Assembly (NCBI GenBank): GCA_964627835.1
Contig: CAZVLG010000174.1
Location: 1,455 to 65,454, forward strand
DNA from: an uncultured Bacteroides sp.
GTDB taxonomy: Bacteria > Bacteroidota > Bacteroidia > Bacteroidales > SM23-62
Direction: 5' to 3'
DNA: 64,000 bases
The notes beneath the pieces are model-generated. The model was not told where the DNA came from. It searched no databases and saw only the letters and a list, made by a program, of their open reading frames with translations. Positions 19,371 to 29,600 of this stretch are shown one piece after another. Each line of letters begins with the position of its first letter. The first letter of the stretch is position 1. Made by a program: the position numbers and the translations under genes.

Positions 19371-22181
19371 ATGGAGCATAAAAAGCTTTTTTTGCTGGAC
19401 GCCTATGCACTGATATTCAGGGCTTACTATGCGTTTATTAGGGCCCAGATGATAAATTCAAAGGGATTGAATACTTCCGCGATTTATGGGTTCACAGCAA
19501 CGCTCGAAGAAATTCTGCGCACGGAGTCCCCGACTCATATCGGTGTGGTATTCGATCCTCCCGGTCCGACATTCAGGCATGATAAATTTCCAGAATACAA
19601 GGCAAATCGTGAAGCCACTCCGGAAGAGATCAAGAAATCCGTCCCCTGGATTAAAAAGATCCTTGAAGCATTTAATATCCCGGTCATTGAGGTAGAGGGT
19701 TACGAGGCCGATGATGTGATCGGAACCCTGGCTACCCAGGCCAGTTCCAGGGGATTCCTTGTCTATATGATGACCCCCGATAAGGACTTTACTCAATTGG
19801 TGAGCGATCAGGTTTTTATGTATAAACCAAGGCGGTCAGGCAATTCGGCGGAGCTTATCGGGATCAAGGAAGTAAAGGATCTTTTCCTGGTGGATTCGCC
19901 CAGGCAGGTAATAGATATTCTTGCACTCTGGGGAGATAGCTCGGACAATATCCCCGGGGCCCCGGGGATCGGTGAAAAAACATCGAAAAAATTAATCTCA
20001 GAATATAAGTCGCTTGAAAATCTCATCGACCATAAAGAGGAATTAAAGGGAAAGCTGAAGGAAAGCATAATTCAGAACCTTGACAAGATTCTTCTGTCCA
20101 AAGACCTGGCCACCATTCGTCTGGATGTCCCGGTGGAATTCAATGAACAGGATCTGGTTTATGGAGGGGCAAACAAGCAGGACCTTGTCTCGCTTTTCCA
20201 GGAACTGGAGTTTAAAACCCTCGCGGGCAAGGTATTGTCCGCATTGAAACTGGACGGTGCGGAATCCGGAAAACCCATCCCGGAAGACTCAGTTTCTGAT
20301 GGAACATATCCGGAGCAGGGGGATTTGTTTTCGGATCCTGCCATGTCCGTTTCCCCAGTATACCATTTTAAAACCATTCAGGACATTGAGCATCGGTATC
20401 TTTGTGCGGATACCATGGACAAAGCCCGGGAGCTTGCAAGGGAATTGAAAGGGCTGAAGGCATTCTGTTTTGATACAGAAACCACGGACATCAATGCCCT
20501 GGATGCAGAACTGGTTGGCCTTGCGTTTGCATGGGAACCGCACGAGGCATGGTATGTTCCCTTCCCGGATAAACGGGAAGAAGCAAAGAAACTGCTCGCA
20601 GTTTTCAGACCCATATTTGAGAATGACGAAACATTAAAAGTTGGCCAAAACCTGAAATATGATATTCAGGTCCTGAAAAATTATGATGTTTGTAGCAGGG
20701 GTCCCCTCTTCGATACGATGATCGCCCATTACCTTATTCAGCCTGAACAGAAGCATGGCCTGGATTCACTGGCCGAAGCCTACCTGGGATACAGAAATGT
20801 CCCGATAGAAGATCTCATAGGTAAAAAAGGGGCCAGGCAGGGAAACATGAGGGATGTGCCCATTGAAAAGATATGTGATTATGCCTGCGAAGATGCCGAC
20901 ATCACCTGGCAGTTGTACCTGCTTCTCAGGGAGGAGCTCAAGAATGTGGGACTGGAAAGCCTTGCAAAGGATATAGAATTTCCTCTGGTAACGGTACTTT
21001 GCAACATGGAGGCTGCCGGAATCAGACTTGACAGGGACAGCCTTGATAAATACGCCGGGGTGCTTGAAAGCGAGTTGATTGAATTAAGGGATTCCATCTA
21101 TGAACTGGCCGGCGAGGAGTTTAATATTTCTTCTCCAAAACAGCTGGGTGAGATTTTGTTTGATAAATTGAAAATAAGCTCCGATGCCAGAAAAACAAAA
21201 TCAAAGCAGTATTCAACCGGCGAGGATGTGCTGATCAAGCTGGCCGACAAACATCCGGTGATTAATAAGGTTTTGGAATTCAGGACCCTGAAAAAATTAC
21301 TGTCCACCTACGTAGAGGCGCTTCCAAAGATGATCAACGCCCGCACCGGCCTTATCCATACTTCTTACAACCAGGCAGTGGCAGCAACTGGCCGGCTAAG
21401 CTCAAACAATCCTAACATGCAAAACATTCCGATAAGGGAAGAAAAGGGAAGGGAGATCCGAAAGGCATTTGTGCCCAGGAGCAGCGAATACATTTTTCTG
21501 TCGGCGGATTACAGTCAGATTGAACTGAGACTGATGGCCCATATGAGCGGGGATCCATTGATGAGGGAAGCCTTTCAGAAAGGAGAGGACATTCATACGG
21601 ATACCGCCTCGAAGATTTTCAACATTGCGGCTGAAGATATTAGCAGGGAGCAGCGCGGAAAGGCCAAAACAGCTAATTTCGGGATCATTTACGGGATATC
21701 CGCATTCGGCCTTGCCCAGCGGTTGAACATTCCCCGGAAGGAGGCCAAGGAGTTGATTGATAATTATTTCGACACTTATAAGCGGGTAAAGGAATACATG
21801 GATGAATGCATCGCCACCGCCCGGGAAAAAGGATATGTCGAAACCATACTCGGGAGGCGAAGAATTCTTCGGGATATTCATTCAAGGAATGCCATTGTGC
21901 GTGGATTTGCAGAGCGCAATGCCATCAATGCCCCCATACAGGGATCCGCTGCAGACATTATAAAAATCGCCATGATCCAGATACAGGACAATCTCCAGGA
22001 AATGAATATGATGAGCAAAATGATCCTGCAGGTCCACGATGAACTGGTTTTCGATGTCTATCGACCGGAACTGGAGGCCCTGAAGCAAATGGCAATCAGT
22101 AAAATGGAAAACGCCTATGAATTATCGGTTCCTCTGATTGTTGAATACGGTACCGGCGATAACTGGCTGGAGGCGCATTAA
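19371..22181 (+). CDS. polA: DNA polymerase I
   Basis: 936 aa. 5' nuclease domain (LLDAYALIFRAYYA, GYEADDVIGTLA), 3'-5' exonuclease domain (FCFDTETTD) and polymerase motifs RLSSNNPNMQNIP, DYSQIELRLMAH, QVHDELVF. Confidence 0.98.
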   Translation: MEHKKLFLLDAYALIFRAYYAFIRAQMINSKGLNTSAIYGFTATLEEILRTESPTHIGVVFDPPGPTFRHDKFPEYKANREATPEEIKKSVPWIKKILEAFNIPVIEVEGYEADDVIGTLATQASSRGFLVYMMTPDKDFTQLVSDQVFMYKPRRSGNSAELIGIKEVKDLFLVDSPRQVIDILALWGDSSDNIPGAPGIGEKTSKKLISEYKSLENLIDHKEELKGKLKESIIQNLDKILLSKDLATIRLDVPVEFNEQDLVYGGANKQDLVSLFQELEFKTLAGKVLSALKLDGAESGKPIPEDSVSDGTYPEQGDLFSDPAMSVSPVYHFKTIQDIEHRYLCADTMDKARELARELKGLKAFCFDTETTDINALDAELVGLAFAWEPHEAWYVPFPDKREEAKKLLAVFRPIFENDETLKVGQNLKYDIQVLKNYDVCSRGPLFDTMIAHYLIQPEQKHGLDSLAEAYLGYRNVPIEDLIGKKGARQGNMRDVPIEKICDYACEDADITWQLYLLLREELKNVGLESLAKDIEFPLVTVLCNMEAAGIRLDRDSLDKYAGVLESELIELRDSIYELAGEEFNISSPKQLGEILFDKLKISSDARKTKSKQYSTGEDVLIKLADKHPVINKVLEFRTLKKLLSTYVEALPKMINARTGLIHTSYNQAVAATGRLSSNNPNMQNIPIREEKGREIRKAFVPRSSEYIFLSADYSQIELRLMAHMSGDPLMREAFQKGEDIHTDTASKIFNIAAEDISREQRGKAKTANFGIIYGISAFGLAQRLNIPRKEAKELIDNYFDTYKRVKEYMDECIATAREKGYVETILGRRRILRDIHSRNAIVRGFAERNAINAPIQGSAADIIKIAMIQIQDNLQEMNMMSKMILQVHDELVFDVYRPELEALKQMAISKMENAYELSVPLIVEYGTGDNWLEAH

Positions 22182-22192
22182 TAAAAACAGGT

Positions 22193-22426
22193 ATGTCAAT
22201 TACGGTAAATTATTTGGGGATCCTTGCCGGGAAAGCGGGCCTCGGCAAAGAATTGATTGATCACACCGGTTTAAGATCCGGGGTGCTTCAAAAAATCTTG
22301 AAAAAACATACTGCATTCAGTGCGATCAGTTTTGTGGTGGCCATTAATGGCTGCATTGTGCACGAAGAAAAGGAAATACGGGACGGAGACCAGATCACCC
22401 TGATTCCTCCTGCTCCAGGCGGCTAA
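22193..22426 (+). CDS. MoaD/ThiS-family beta-grasp sulfur-carrier (ubiquitin-like) protein
   Basis: 77 aa ending in ...GDQITLIPPAPGG, i.e. a C-terminal Gly-Gly immediately before the stop, with length and pattern typical of MoaD/ThiS. Confidence 0.7.
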   Translation: MSITVNYLGILAGKAGLGKELIDHTGLRSGVLQKILKKHTAFSAISFVVAINGCIVHEEKEIRDGDQITLIPPAPGG

Positions 22427-22428
22427 AA

Positions 22429-24135
22429 TTAGTTCCCCGAACCATTGGCGCGGGCGTGGATCTCCGCGGCAGGTTCCCGCAGTGTGCTGAGATATAAATC
22501 CGGTTTTTCCAGCACCGTAATGGCCTTGTTTACTTCCGGATCGGATTTAAGTGATGCCTCCACACGGCCCTTCTGATAATAGTAACGGACTGCAATCTCT
22601 TCTTTTAGCAACTGCCGGATCTCCTTACTGAAATTATCGAGGTCTTTTTCGTTGTTATGGGCGAGTTTGCCTTCCAGGGCGGTGAATTCATCTTCGGCAA
22701 GGTCAAAATACTTCTCGCGCTTGGCCGTTTCGATGAGGGATTTTAACGATTCTTCGCTGTTTGTTTCATAGATGAAATCAAGCGAGGACACCATTTCTTT
22801 AAATTCTTCGTAATCCCCAAGCGATAAATCAAAGCGATCTACAGGACCGATACTGTCATGACGGGCGGCAAATATGGTTGCATAATCAAATATGACATTC
22901 CTGGTTATCAATGCAATACTGATCTGGCTCAGGATTTCAGGATCCGTTGCAAAATCAGGCTGGATACCTCCTCCGTCGTAAACGGTTCTTCCGTTTCGTG
23001 TAAGGTATTCGGAAATCAGGGAATCGGGAATGGTACCAACACTTCCATCCTCGTTCCTTTTTGAATAATCAAGTGCCTGGATGCATCGTCCGGAAGGGAT
23101 ATAGTATTTGGCCGTTGTCACCTTGAGTTTTGTATTGTAGCTGAGATCCCTGGTGGTCTGAACCAGTCCCTTTCCAAATGTGCGCTGTCCGATAATTACT
23201 GCGCGGTCAAGGTCCTGGAGGGCTCCGGCAACAATTTCGGACGCAGAAGCCGAACCACGGCTTACCAGGACGGCCAGGAATACGGATGTATCAACAGGCA
23301 TAAAGCGGGTCCTGTATTCCTGGTCCCATTGTTTGACCCTGCCGTGGGTACTGACAATTTCCTGTCCCTGGGGCACAAAAAGATTGGCTGCATTGACAGC
23401 TTCGATCAGGAGTCCCCCGGGATTTCCCCTCAAGTCAAGAACAATGGCATCCAGGGAAGGATTTTTCCTGAGTGCAAGTAAAGCCGATTTAGTTTCCTGG
23501 GCCGCCCCGGTGGTGAAATTGGAAAGCCTGATGTATCCGATGTGATCGTTAAGCATGCCGTAATAGGGGACATTGGAGATGGTTATCTTTTCCCTGACAA
23601 GGGAAATTTCAAGAGGATCCGGATGTCCGTATCTCTTTATTTTAAGCGTTAGCGGGGTTTTGGGCTTGCCCTTTAATTTCTCGCTTATCTGGCTGATATC
23701 CATGTTTTTCATGGATAGTCCATCAATGGACAGAATGGTATCTCCCGCCCTGAGCCCGGCACGTGTGGCAGGGAAACCTTCGTAGGGTTCGGCAATGATC
23801 GCATAATCGCCGTTTCTGCGGATCAGGGAGCCAATTCCCCCGTATTCCCCGGTGGTCATGAAATTAAAGTTCTCCCGATCGGACTCAGGAATATAGGTGG
23901 TATAGGGATCGAGTTCCTCCAGCATCCCTTTAATGCTGTTTTCCACCAGCTCCTCGGGGTTCATTTCATCCACATAAAACAGGTTAAGTTCCCGGAACAG
24001 GGAGTAATAAATTTCCAGGCTTTTAACCAGTTTAAAATCGTCGCTCGAAGACGAAAGGAAAATAAAGGATCCCGCTGCGATTAATACAATAATTGCACAG
24101 ATACCGGCCCTTCTGGTTAATTTCTTTCTACTCAT
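22429..24135 (-). CDS. S41 family C-terminal processing peptidase with PDZ domain
   Basis: 568 aa. N-terminal membrane anchor, PDZ (GLRAGDTILSIDG), catalytic region LDLRGNPGGLL and SRGSASASEIVAGALQD...GQRTFGKG. Confidence 0.9.
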   Translation of the reverse strand: MSRKKLTRRAGICAIIVLIAAGSFIFLSSSSDDFKLVKSLEIYYSLFRELNLFYVDEMNPEELVENSIKGMLEELDPYTTYIPESDRENFNFMTTGEYGGIGSLIRRNGDYAIIAEPYEGFPATRAGLRAGDTILSIDGLSMKNMDISQISEKLKGKPKTPLTLKIKRYGHPDPLEISLVREKITISNVPYYGMLNDHIGYIRLSNFTTGAAQETKSALLALRKNPSLDAIVLDLRGNPGGLLIEAVNAANLFVPQGQEIVSTHGRVKQWDQEYRTRFMPVDTSVFLAVLVSRGSASASEIVAGALQDLDRAVIIGQRTFGKGLVQTTRDLSYNTKLKVTTAKYYIPSGRCIQALDYSKRNEDGSVGTIPDSLISEYLTRNGRTVYDGGGIQPDFATDPEILSQISIALITRNVIFDYATIFAARHDSIGPVDRFDLSLGDYEEFKEMVSSLDFIYETNSEESLKSLIETAKREKYFDLAEDEFTALEGKLAHNNEKDLDNFSKEIRQLLKEEIAVRYYYQKGRVEASLKSDPEVNKAITVLEKPDLYLSTLREPAAEIHARANGSGN

Positions 24136-24163
24136 TTTTAAAAGATGGTGTTAAATGGAAGAA

Positions 24164-24171
24164 CAAATATA
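24164..24171 (-). promoter_or_regulatory. candidate -7 promoter box TATATTTG for the S41 peptidase gene
   Basis: Minus-strand TATATTTG (plus strand CAAATATA), 29 nt upstream of the ATG at 24135. Confidence 0.35.
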
Positions 24172-24247
24172 CATGTTAATAACGGATGTAGGGATCAAAA
24201 GGTTTGAAACCCTGTGTTTTTAACTATTTTTTTCATTTCAGGATAAA

Positions 24248-26611
24248 TCATTCCCTGTCGACCACCTCAAAGGAATGCGTCAGGATATTGCCGGCATCGT
24301 CAACCAGGGTTAATGTATAGAATCCATTATCCGGGGAGATCCCCATCTGGTGCAGATGCTGGGTAGATCCCAGATAAACATCATTCAGATGCCAGTGGAT
24401 GCGCGAAGAAGATTTCCGATGCGCAGCTTCCAGGATGATCTCCCCCTGTGAACCATCAAGTTCACGTGGAACAAAAACACGTGCTGAGTGCCGAGGATAG
24501 ATCATTTCCATGTACACGATGTTTTCGTTCTCACTGCAATCCGGATGCAGGTCGGGAAGTACCCGGTAGCTGGGATTCCTGGAACGGTAGTACCATTCCT
24601 GAACAGGAGGGAGCACAAACCAGGATTCGTGTTTCATCTGTTCGGTGTCCATGCAGTCGCTGTTCACCCTGTAACGTCCGTCTTTTGTGAGGTGCACCCT
24701 TATATGGTATGGACATGGACGGGAAAGGAGTCCCTTTTCGCATACCAGGATGGTATCTGTTTCCTGGCAATGGGGACCGGGAAGGTAACCGCTCTGGCGG
24801 CAGACCGGAGCCGGGAAAAGTTCGTTGAGGGGGGGATGGAACCATGGGGACGGCGGCAGAATACCGAATACGTCAAAAAGAATTGGAGCAGCGGCGGAAA
24901 TTCCGGTGAGGTCCGGGCGGCCTTCCCCGTCGGCATTCCCGGCCCAGACACCGATGGTATAAGATGGACCGGTACCTACGGCCCAGCCATCGCGGAATCC
25001 AAAACTGGTACCTGTTTTCCAGGCAATCCTGGAGCTGGACTCAAATGAACTCCAACCGGCCTGCGACACAGGACGGTTGACTTCAATTAAAGATTGAAAC
25101 GTAAGCCATATGGAAGCTGCACTGAAGGGATGGGGATTGTCCGCCGAAAAGGAAGGCCGATCAATTGATTCTCCCGTTATGAACAAAGGCGGATGAATAT
25201 CCTGCTTGCAGTATTCCCCGGTTCTGTTATAATGCCCGAGTATCCGCCCCATTGAAGCATACATACCGGTAATCCACCAGAGCGTTCCTTCCGCCCCGCC
25301 GAGGATAAGGCTCAGGCCATAATGTTCCGCCGGGAAATTAAGTGTCTGCATGTCCAGTTCCCTGAGGCGGTGGTGGAATCTTTCCAGGCCATAAGACTGC
25401 AGCATCCTTACGGCAGGAACGTTAAGCGAGCGGGCCAATGCCCTGCGGGCCGGAACAGCCCCGTCATAACCCAGGCTGAAATTTTTCGGAGAATACCCGG
25501 TGTACTGGGTTGGTATATCCGGGACAAGTGATCCGGTTAGGATCTCGCCTTCCTCGAGCATGAGACAGAACAACAGGGGCTTCAGGATGCTGCCTGTGCT
25601 ACGGGCAGAACGCACAATGTCCACATCCGGTGAATACCCGGGTTCATCCGGACCGCCGGTATTCCCCACATAAGCCAGAACCTTCCCGCTCATGGTTTCA
25701 AGAACAAGACAGGATGCATTGTGTATTTCGTTGTATTGCAGAGACTTATGATGCACTTCCAGAATCTCGTTTACCCTTTGCTGGAGTTCTGCATCAAGGG
25801 TGGACCGGAGCCTCTGACCCCTGTAGTTTGTATAAATATGATCCAGCAAATGGGGAGCCGAAGATGGCAGCGGCAAAGGCTCTCCGGGAAGGGGTTCCAT
25901 CCTGGCAAGGGCAAGACTCAGGGAATCCAGTATGCCGCGTTCATGCAGGAGTTCGAGAAGCCGGTTTCGCTTTGCCAGCAAGAGGGAACGGTTCCGCCCG
26001 GGATGTATCAGGGAAGGTGCGTTGGGAAGTACGGCCAGCGTTGCCGATTCAGCCCAGGTAAGTTGATCCGGCGATCGTCCGAAATACCGCCAGGATGCAG
26101 CATCGAGCCCCACAACATTCCCCCCGTATGGAGCATGGGAGGCATACAGGGCCAGGACCTGATCTTTCGAATGGCTCAGCTCCAATCGTGATGCCTGCAG
26201 AACCTCGATGAATTTTTCCGGGACCGTACGCGGTTTCCCTTTCCTTGACAGGCGGATCACCTGCATGGTGATGGTGCTTCCGCCGCTGACCACCCTGCCT
26301 GCCTTTACATTTTGCCGAAAAGCCCTGAGCAACGCAAGCGGGTTGACCCCATGGTGATAATAAAAGTAACGGTCTTCAAAAGAGACCAGGCATTGCGCAT
26401 ATTTTTCAGGAACACTTTCCAGTGGGGGGAAACGCCATTGTCCGTCATCGGCGATCCTGGCTCCGAGCAATTCACCCCGGCGATCCTCCAGCACGGTGCT
26501 GAAAGGGTCCTTGAACAAGGGATCTGGAAGGCAGGACCAAAACAGCAGAAGCATTGCCAGTGCTGCAGCGGCAAACAAAATGTATCCCGAAAGGAAAGGC
26601 CTTTTATACAT
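24248..26611 (-). CDS. pbpC: penicillin-binding protein 1C
   Basis: 787 aa. Glycosyltransferase-51 motifs EDRYFYYHHGVNP and GGSTITMQV, transpeptidase STGSILKP (SxxK), and a C-terminal PBP1C-type domain. Lies immediately downstream of the alpha-2-macroglobulin gene. Confidence 0.9.
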   Translation of the reverse strand: MYKRPFLSGYILFAAAALAMLLLFWSCLPDPLFKDPFSTVLEDRRGELLGARIADDGQWRFPPLESVPEKYAQCLVSFEDRYFYYHHGVNPLALLRAFRQNVKAGRVVSGGSTITMQVIRLSRKGKPRTVPEKFIEVLQASRLELSHSKDQVLALYASHAPYGGNVVGLDAASWRYFGRSPDQLTWAESATLAVLPNAPSLIHPGRNRSLLLAKRNRLLELLHERGILDSLSLALARMEPLPGEPLPLPSSAPHLLDHIYTNYRGQRLRSTLDAELQQRVNEILEVHHKSLQYNEIHNASCLVLETMSGKVLAYVGNTGGPDEPGYSPDVDIVRSARSTGSILKPLLFCLMLEEGEILTGSLVPDIPTQYTGYSPKNFSLGYDGAVPARRALARSLNVPAVRMLQSYGLERFHHRLRELDMQTLNFPAEHYGLSLILGGAEGTLWWITGMYASMGRILGHYNRTGEYCKQDIHPPLFITGESIDRPSFSADNPHPFSAASIWLTFQSLIEVNRPVSQAGWSSFESSSRIAWKTGTSFGFRDGWAVGTGPSYTIGVWAGNADGEGRPDLTGISAAAPILFDVFGILPPSPWFHPPLNELFPAPVCRQSGYLPGPHCQETDTILVCEKGLLSRPCPYHIRVHLTKDGRYRVNSDCMDTEQMKHESWFVLPPVQEWYYRSRNPSYRVLPDLHPDCSENENIVYMEMIYPRHSARVFVPRELDGSQGEIILEAAHRKSSSRIHWHLNDVYLGSTQHLHQMGISPDNGFYTLTLVDDAGNILTHSFEVVDRE

Positions 26612-26654
26612 GTCCTGTCAGTCAGAAGATCATGGTATGTCACCGTATGGCGAC

Positions 26655-29600
26655 CTACTGCACATCGATCACTTCTACCCACCTGCCGGGGACAAGCGCA
26701 TTCACCGTTTCGTCGTACATGGCCTCGCAATAGACAGCAGGCAGGTAGAACCTCCCGAGGTAAGCTGCATTCAGCTGAATAACAAAATTTTTGCTCCCCT
26801 GCCGCCCGATGTCGAAATAGGTATATACCCGGTCATCCCGTATATCCTGGTAGCCGGGGCGGTCTGAATGGTAGGCCGGACTGAATTCATCCATGCGGGC
26901 ATTGTGGATCTCCCAGCCGGAAGGAAAGATCTGGGTCAGGGCCATGTCCTTGTAAATTTGCACACCCAATGGATTTGCTAGGCTGACATGGGCGAGAAAA
27001 TCCGTACCCTGCCGGATCCTTGCAACATCCATGGGATGCCCGGCCATATCGGTATAAGAAACATTCATTCTAAGCTTATTTTCAGCGGCATTTTCCCTGC
27101 CGGTTTCCGGTATCCCTTCCATGGTGATCCGTACGAAAAGCATGCCTTCCCCTTTGTTTTCCAGTAGGATCTTTCCCCCGGGTCTTCCTCCGGGCTCTAT
27201 GTCTATCCTTGCCATGGATAATTTTGTGATCGCATTGACCTTATTCCCATCGTTTACAAGGTAGCTGAAGCGAAGCTCTTTGGAAACCCCCTGGCTTCCG
27301 GCAAACTTTGACATGGCCAGCAGGCAATATGCGGTGGTCTGGGTACTCATCCAGCGCTGGCTTCTGAGTTCATCGGAGATTTCCCGGGCCAGGCTGGCTC
27401 CCTCGCTTCGCTTATTCATTAATACCAGGGTCTCCAGGACCATGGCCATGTCTCTTTCCCGGGAACCAAAGCTGTAATTAAAGCCGGAATAGGCAGGAAT
27501 TTCCGGGACACCTTCACGTATGAGTTCTTCAGCGGTTCCCGGCTGGCCGGCAAGTGCGTATGCGGCTGCAAGCCGCCAGCGGGACTGGACCGAGATCCCT
27601 TCCATTTCACGCAGGCGGTTCATGGCGCCCAGTTCGGGTTCACCTGCAAGGGCAAGGGTATACAGGCGATATGCCTGAACCAGGTCATCCTGGCGGTACT
27701 GTTCCGCATTTCTTTTCCATCGGTTTGATTCCCTGCTCTGGAACCGAATCCATTGCCTTTTGAAATTTACCGGCAGGGCAAATCCCTTGTTCTCCGCTTC
27801 AAGCAGGAAATGTCCGGCATAGGAAGTGGCCCAGTGGCTGGCATCACTTGTTCCGGGCCAGTATGCAAATCCGCCGGATGGCAGCATAAAGCTTTGAAGC
27901 CGCTTAATGGCAGCTTTGATATTGTTTTCGGTTCTGACCCGTAAAACATCGTTCATCTGGGTTATGTCGCCAAGGTAAAGCTGCGGGAAAGCTGCAGAGG
28001 TTGTTTGTTCGATGCATCCGTGGGGATACCTCAGAAGATATTTAAGCCTCCTTCCAAAATCAATAGGAGGAATATTCGAAACCTCAAGAATTGCGGAATT
28101 CGTACCGGGCATTCCGGGGAAGGTATAGTTCCGCTCAAGGGATTGCCCGGGGTCAAGGACTTCATCCATGAATTCCGTGACCGGCGGATTTGGATTACGG
28201 ATTTCAATTTCTATTTCATAAGAAGCTGTTTCTGAACCACTGCTGGCGATTACCTCAACTTTACCTATACCAATTTTCTTTACGACATTGAGCTGAAATG
28301 TCTCCAGTTTGTCACCGGTCTGTTCAAACGGGATGCGTTTTTCCTTTTCCCCGGACAGTTCAAGAAATTCATTGGTTTTAATTTCCAGTTTTACGTTGCG
28401 GATGTTTTCCTCCATGGCAAAAACTGTGACCGGAAGGCTGACCTGTTCGCCAGGACCAAGCACCCTTGGAAGGGTGGCCAGGACCATTAATGGTTTTTTT
28501 ACCGGAGTGGTTTTTTCTGTATTCCCGTATGCAAATTGATTTCCGGCAATGACCATGGTTCTCACCGAACCCACGTAATTTGGAAGGGTGATGGAATGGG
28601 TATGCGTCTGGCCCTTTTTCAGGGTGAAAGGACCCAGGACCCTGACCATGGGTTTGAAACGCATTGCCCGGCTCTGTGCATCTTCACCGGCTTCCTCTTC
28701 ATCAAAGCCTCCGCCGATGGCGAATATTTGTTCGATCCTTCCACCATAGGACCCGAGAACTGCATCGTAGACATCCCAGGTCCTGACCCCCAGTGCCTCA
28801 CGGGCGTAGAAATGTTCCCAGGGACCAGGGGTGGCAAAACGGGTGAGATCCAGGAGTCCCTCATCAACCATGGCCAGCGTATAGGAACATTCCCTGCCGT
28901 TTCGTTCGCTTACCTTGATGCTGACTTTTTTCTCGGGCCGCAGCACATCGGGCATCTTTAGTTCCGGATGCAATTTAGTTTCCGGATCTTCCACCATCAG
29001 TGGAATTACCCCGTAAAGACGTATCGGGAGATCGTTTTTGGATTGTGCATGAGGCTGGACAAGGGTGATATTCACGTAGATGTTGGGGGCCATTTCGGGA
29101 CTGATTTTAAAATTAAACCTGGTCTCCGGTTCCATGGCTTCCACCCAGTATGCATCGAGCACACCCGATCCGTTTTCAATGCTTACCAGGATCCGTCCCT
29201 GGCCGGAAGCAGGTATGGATACCGTTGCAGTTTCACCCACCTGGTATTTTTGTTTATCGGCACTGAAACTTAGCATGGCCGCCCCGCCGGGATGCTCCCG
29301 CTGGGCCCGTCCGGCCCAGCCAGGCCAGTCTATATAGACAGTTTTTCCGCTGGCATGACCGCTCACGGGATCCACCGCACGTATCAGGTACCGGCCCCAT
29401 TCCGGGTAATCAATTCGAAAACGGAAACTCCCTTCCCCATCAAGGGTGCTAACCTTGCCGCTGTAGACGGGCTGATGCTCGGAACTGCCCACATAGGAGG
29501 CCAGGTTATCGTATCCCGCATCCCACCACCATCGCCAGGATACTTTGTAGATCCTGACATCAATATTGTTCCGGTCAATCCTGTTACCATCCGGATCAAG

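Noticed and set aside
24448-26867. Cluster of 60-190-aa ORFs in both orientations inside pbpC (e.g. 24488..25048, 25721..26191, 26312..26782)
   Set aside because: All overlap the 787-aa PBP1C frame, which carries unambiguous GT51 and SxxK motifs. Their products are Arg/Pro/Gly-rich with no domain signatures. This is typical of alternative frames in a relatively GC-rich gene.
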